A stretch of DNA of 13,051 nt, from the NCBI RefSeq assembly GCF_006345805.1, contig NW_021826369.1, positions 1-13,051 on the forward strand, written 5' to 3'. The translations under genes were made by a program, and so were the position numbers. Positions 9,218 through 13,051 of this stretch are shown here, in pieces. This DNA is from Octopus sinensis. Taxonomy: Eukaryota. Every line of letters begins with the position of its first letter. Positions within the stretch are counted from its first letter, which is position 1. The notes below the pieces were generated by a model. The model saw only the letters and a list, made by a program, of their open reading frames with translations. It was not told the DNA's origin and did not search any database.

Positions 9218-9288
9218 TGCGCCAGCCGGGAGTCGAACCCGGGTCGCCTGCTTGGAAGGCAGGTATAATACCGTTATACAACTGGCGC
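9218..9288 (-). tRNA. tRNA-Gly-TCC: tRNA-Gly, anticodon TCC, intronless, 71 nt
   Basis: GCGCCAG/CTGGCGC acceptor stem, CCTGC-CTTCCAA-GCAGG anticodon arm, CCGGG-TTCGACT-CCCGG T arm, discriminator A and no encoded CCA. Confidence 0.97.
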
Positions 9289-9538
9289 TTTATTTTTTAA
9301 CGTTTATATTTTAGACTGTTGCATTATCCTTATTTCATTTAATTATTGTTTACTTTTTTCATCTTTTTTATACAGAAACGATTTTAGATTTATTTCTTTT
9401 TAAGGGAAATAATTTTTATGACTTTTTGTGGACTACAATTTCCTGTTTTTTGCTGACCACAATCTATGTACTTATTTTTGTATCCACCTTAATTCTTATC
9501 TTTGTGTTTTCTTAGTATATTCTCCAAGACTACGCAGT

Positions 9539-9688
9539 TTAGGACGCCCTCCCAGCCTCGCGGATTGCAAGACAGTTACCACGGATTACGGCAATGGAGA
9601 GGCGTTGAAGAAGCCAAAAGTACTCTCTCAGGTCGTCCCTTCTTTTGTCGATTCTTCTCCCCAAACCACGTAAAAAACAAAGCGACAT
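9539..9688 (-). pseudogene. 3'-terminal fragment of a second CRE-like element
   Basis: SLCFLRGLGRRIDKRRDDLREYFWLLQRLSIAVIRGNCLAIREAGRAS* aligns without gaps to the large element's C-terminus TTSFIREVGGNVARRRGEPREVSWxFQQIGIAVVRGNAHSIMRATASAF*. Not in the ORF track. Confidence 0.85.
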
Positions 9689-9909
9689 ATTTTAATTAAT
9701 CTATAACTATTTTTTAGTGTTATCATTCCGCGTAATTTTATGGAAAAAATCATTTTTGTTTAACTCGTATCTAACTCTGAATGCGTTTTCGTGTCCTTTG
9801 TTAAATTCGAACTTATATTTATTGTTGTTAGCCAAAAATTATTTACATCAACTCTAACATTAAAAAAATATATTTTCATGTCCTATTACAACAAAAACAA
9901 GTATTTATT

Positions 9910-10635
9910 TTAATAAATAAGATTAGAGTTATAATATTTAGTCTCATCCTTTCCTGTAAATGGAAGAAGTATTACTCCTAATAACATAATAACTGCAATG
10001 ACTGTCGTTATCGATATGGAATATTTTTTATCCAATTTAATATAATTAGCACATGACACATTCTATATATAGGAATACAAAGTATACCAATTTTTTATAT
10101 GAGCAATTCTGAACCGAACATTCGAAAAAATCACATCTCAACTATTATTTTATCATTATTATTTATACAGTTGTTTTAAAATACATTGCTATGATACAAC
10201 TCTTGGTGAACTGGGTTTGATTTCCTTTGATAATTTGAATTCTAAACTAGTTACTATGTGCTTACCTTTTACCACTCATTTTATACGAAGCGAATATCAA
10301 TCCAGCAATAAATAGAATAGAAAAAACTCCCAACTATATAAATAAAATACATTTTTATTATTTACGATGACTTTATGATGTACTCTGTTGGTTCCGAGTA
10401 TATGAAGTCCGTGGATAGCCACTGCGGCAGATGAAAGTGCGGTAGACACGAAAAATGCAAATAAAACCCTGAATTTATCTCCTTTGCAGAAATTGTGTTC
10501 AATAAGTCCAACCTGATAGACAAAGTATAGAGCAATCCCTGAAATTGCCTAGCGAGTTTATTACCGGATAAAAACCAAAAAAATTAATGAATTTAATTGT
10601 ACAAATACACTAAACAGCCTCTCTCTAGCAATCAT
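9910..10635 (-). CDS. Divergent tetraspanin-like four-TM protein, about 196 aa. Exons 10635-10576, 10548-10366, 10333-10266, 10241-10169, 10141-10088, 10062-9910
   Basis: GT-AG introns of 27, 32, 24, 27 and 25 nt give one continuous frame: MIARERLFSVFVQLNSLIFL|AISGIALYFVYQVGLIEHNFCKGDKFRVLFAFFVSTALSSAAVAIHGLHILGTNRVHHKVI|LGVFSILFIAGLIFASYKMSGKR|IQIIKGNQTQFTKSCIIAMYFKTT|LRCDFFECSVQNCSYKKL|NVSCANYIKLDKKYSISITTVIAVIMLLGVILLPFTGKDETKYYNSNLIY*. Four hydrophobic segments, an Asn in TM1 and a Cys-rich loop between TM3 and TM4. An alternative 22-nt intron at 9975-9954 would end the protein ..CFCCNRT* at 9876. Confidence 0.65.
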
Positions 10636-10763
10636 CGTTTTTTTTGTTATGTTACCGCATACATAAAATTAAAAAACCGCCGCTAAATACAATAGAATTT
10701 AACATTAAAATCCCTATTTTAAAATCACTGCGGTTATCGAATAAATTACTTTTTAATAATTTA

Positions 10764-10790
10764 CCGTATTTTCTCTATTTTAAGTCCGTG
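10764..10790 (+). mobile_element. Possible solo Tc2/pogo-type terminal inverted repeat
   Basis: TA|CCGTATTTTCTCTATTTTAAGTCCGTG resembles TcMar-Tc2 termini (CCGTATTT....TAAG). No partner end was found in the window. Confidence 0.3.
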
Positions 10791-10847
10791 CGTCAAAGTG
10801 AGTTTGACAGTGATTTTTTTTGATTGAAAATTTATAAATTTTTTTCT

Positions 10848-11510
10848 TTTAACGCAGCCAAAATGATCTCGTTGATGGCGGAGTGTCTGGGTGCATGGCC
10901 AGCGCTCCTTCTGCATGAAAGGGGGTGCAATCCTTTGGTATCGACTTTACTACCACATCAGCATTAGCCCTCCTAACATGCATTAAGTCTCAAGCGCATT
11001 GCTACGCCAATCCTCACAATCAGTATCGAGAAAAGTTCCAGACTGGGAGCAAAAAGGGCATTAAGCCACCATCACTTTCAGGTCTAGTAGCGGCAGCGAA
11101 ACAAGCGAAGCGGTGGTGATCCAATGTAGGTCTGATTGCGCCAATTTTATCTTTGCTGGAGATATCATCCCATTGGTATTAGATGGAATGGCCAATCCGT
11201 ATTCCTTCCAGAGTTTGCAAGCTCCAAAGAAAACTCGGTCCTTTTCCAATCCGCGAGAGTAACGTAGGATTTGGGTGATGAGGGAGTAGCGCATAAGGAG
11301 AGAAACGCAAGAAGGGCCATGCCCAGTAGCGAACGTAGTCTGACTCCGCCAAGGCGTAGAGGTAATTTGCAATAAGTCCATCCAGCTTATCAAAGCATAT
11401 GTTTTCAGCGGCCAACTTCAGAGGAGTATCAAGAAATTGAAGCATGTCAGATTGCATTGAGCAGTTTGATGTTCGCAGCAAGTATAGAAATCTTAGCATG
11501 AATAATCCAT
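10848..11510 (-). pseudogene. Internal fragment of a third CRE-like element (post-RT region to the CCHC knuckle)
   Basis: With frameshifts and stops: [85 protein letters not shown]. Colinear with the large copy ([68 protein letters not shown]). Confidence 0.9.
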
Positions 11511-11616
11511 AGTGAGTATTATCAATTTCTCAGTAATTGATAATTAGTATGTTAGTTATTGTATTTGACCATTTTGGCTAGATATATTATTAAGCTAGAC
11601 TATTTAATTTAGATTC

Positions 11617-12310
11617 TCAGTCCCGATTATTGAAAATTTCTCTCCTCCTTTTAGGAGATAGGTTTGAAACCAGTTCCTCCTAACTCTCCATCTCCCCGTC
11701 AGATAAACTTTATATTTGTCTCGTAGCTTTCAGCGGCGTATCACGGCAGCATGCCACTTTTACAAGCTGGTAAGCAGCGGAGGTGTATTCTTCGGGAGAT
11801 ACTCTCACTCCATGTCTGTGTTCAACTACCATGCTTTCTAGAGTCCTTTTTAGAACAACAGACTGAATGTAAGTTCTTGTGGCTTTTTCAATGGATAATT
11901 TGTCCATATAGTTTTTGAAGTACAGTGAATACTCTCAAATTCGCCGCAAAAATTGACGGAACCAAAAATGGCGAATTTCCATTGAAACTAGAATTTTTTT
12001 AAAAAAAGGCGAATCTAAGAATTGGCGAATTTAAGAATGGCAAATTTGAGGGTATTCACTGTATCTCGAAATAACGCCATCCCACGTCAAGGCAACCGGG
12101 ATAATCTTTACCTTTGCATCATAAAGTAACGAAAGTTCTTTTGCGAATAAATCATATTTATGAAATTTCTCGATCTCGACTTGTTTGAGGCGATCTTGTG
12201 AAGTGATGCCAACCTGGATTAAAATTATTTCTTGTTTAATTTTGTCGTAAACTAAAATATCTGGTTTATTGCATTAAACTTTTGTTTCTGTCATAATTGT
12301 CGTAGCTTAA
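11617..12310 (-). pseudogene. C-terminal restriction-like endonuclease fragment of an R4/Dong- or NeSL-like non-LTR retrotransposon, interrupted by a MITE
   Basis: Removing the MITE and one TA restores the frame: TETKV*CNKPDILVYDKIKQEIILIQVGITSQDRLKQVEIEKFHKYDLFAKELSLLYDAKVKIIPVALTWDGVISR|YFKNYMDKLSIEKATRTYIQSVVLKRTLESM. This shows KPD, EKxxKY and IIP motifs. The E expected in IEVG is Q, and there are in-frame stops. Boundaries are approximate. Confidence 0.8.
11923..12061. mobile_element. 139-bp pogo-type MITE
   Basis: 23-bp TIRs CAGTGAATACTCTCAAATTCGCC / GGCAAATTTGAGGGTATTCACTG (2 mismatches), TA TSD at 11921-11922 and 12062-12063, and internal GGCGAAT repeats near 11970, 12008 and 12024. 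Confidence 0.93.
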
Positions 12311-12841
12311 ATTATAAATAGTCGATTATTTCCTTGGTTAATACACTCCAAATTAAAAGCAGAAACCTAGATTTAAAACTTAAGTGCATAAGTAGCATTT
12401 CTTTGTTAAAAATGTATAAATAAATGATTAAAATAATAATTACGCAGACAATAAACTATTCAGCATTTCGGATCGTGCACAAAAATTCGTGTTCTTTAAA
12501 ATAAAAAAACCCGCATAATTATTCCTTAACTATCATATGCCAGAACATGGGATTTATCATTTCCTTAGAGAATTTTCACATTTTATTAAATTAGTGGCCA
12601 TCATTCTCGTAATTTAATTGCAATCAGGTTGTATCAATATGAAATATAATCATTGGCCAATAAGCACACACAAAAATAAAAAACCAGCACGTTATTTAAT
12701 TTTATTTGTATAAAATAATGAACTTTATTTATTACAATAAAATAATTAACAAAAAAATTTATAAATTTATACATTTTGAACCACCTCTTATGTCTATACA
12801 ATAAACTGAAAAAAATTTTATATTAAAAAATACAAACAATT

Positions 12842-13051
12842 ATTGTTAAATTGGACATCTCTAATGCATTTAACACCATTCGCCGCGACTCTATATTGGA
12901 GAACTGTCTTGAATTTTGTCCCGAAATATACAACTATGTACTCAGCTCATACGCGAAACCATCCACCCTCGTCCATGGCCCTTACCATATTTCCTCGTCC
13001 TCTGGGGTTCAACAAGGAGACCCATTGGGTCCTGTTCTCTTTTGCCTTGGA
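12842..13051 (+). pseudogene. RT-core fragment of a fourth CRE-like element, 5'-truncated; runs off the window end
   Basis: IVKLDISNAFNTIRRDSILENCLEFCPEIYNYVLSSYAKPSTLVHGPYHISSSSGVQQGDPLGPVLFCLG aligns to the large copy's AVKLDISNAFNSLRRD..GVQQGDPLGPLLF. Not in the ORF track. Confidence 0.92.

Noticed and set aside
7800-9288. Full-length transcription of the retroelement by Pol III read-through from the tRNA
   Set aside because: The element's sense strand contains T5 (about 9137-9141) and T8 (about 7806-7813) runs that should terminate Pol III.
9428-9699. Plus-strand ORFs 9428-9673 and 9502-9699 as a host exon
   Set aside because: The GC-rich core is explained by the minus-strand CRE C-terminal fragment.
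9461-9715. Possible TSD around the CRE 3' fragment (AATCTATGTACTTATTTTT vs AATCTATAACTATTTTT)
   Set aside because: It needs several mismatches or indels in very AT-rich DNA and is not distinguishable from chance.
3168-12300. Possible ciliate-type genetic code (TAA/TAG = Gln), suggested by tiny introns and by TAR codons at Gln-like positions in the REL fragment
   Set aside because: All Gln codons in the two host genes are CAA/CAG, and two CRE copies end at TAA at homologous positions. The internal TARs are better explained as point mutations in dead elements.
12330-12826. AT-rich stretch with short hydrophobic minus-strand frames
   Set aside because: No consistent exon chain, TIR pair or RNA structure could be supported.

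Overview
AT-rich eukaryotic, transposon-dense window; nothing prokaryotic and no CRISPR. Host genes: a V-ATPase subunit F gene (3168-3619, -), a tRNA-Gly(TCC) gene (9218-9288, -) and a very divergent tetraspanin-like four-TM gene (about 9910-10635, -) that the ORF track misses. Both protein genes are split by roughly 24-34 nt GT-AG introns, pointing to a micro-intron lineage (myxozoan or dicyemid are candidates; not determinable here). Most of the rest is decayed mobile DNA: the 5' end of a Buster/Charlie-type hAT (1-821); a 5'-truncated LINE with a 12-bp TSD (1204-1870); an internally deleted pogo element (2024-3020); a near-full-length CRE-like retrotransposon with PHD + RT + restriction-like endonuclease (about 4936-9160, -), interrupted by a Merlin transposon (5097-6132); three more CRE-like fragments; and an R4/NeSL-like endonuclease fragment interrupted by a 139-bp MITE. 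Most interesting: the PHD-bearing CRE-like element appears inserted about 40 bp downstream of the tRNA gene; the V-ATPase F frame can only be restored by a 14-nt intron or an indel; and the tetraspanin-like protein lacks CCG. All family assignments come from motif recognition by eye, not database searches.
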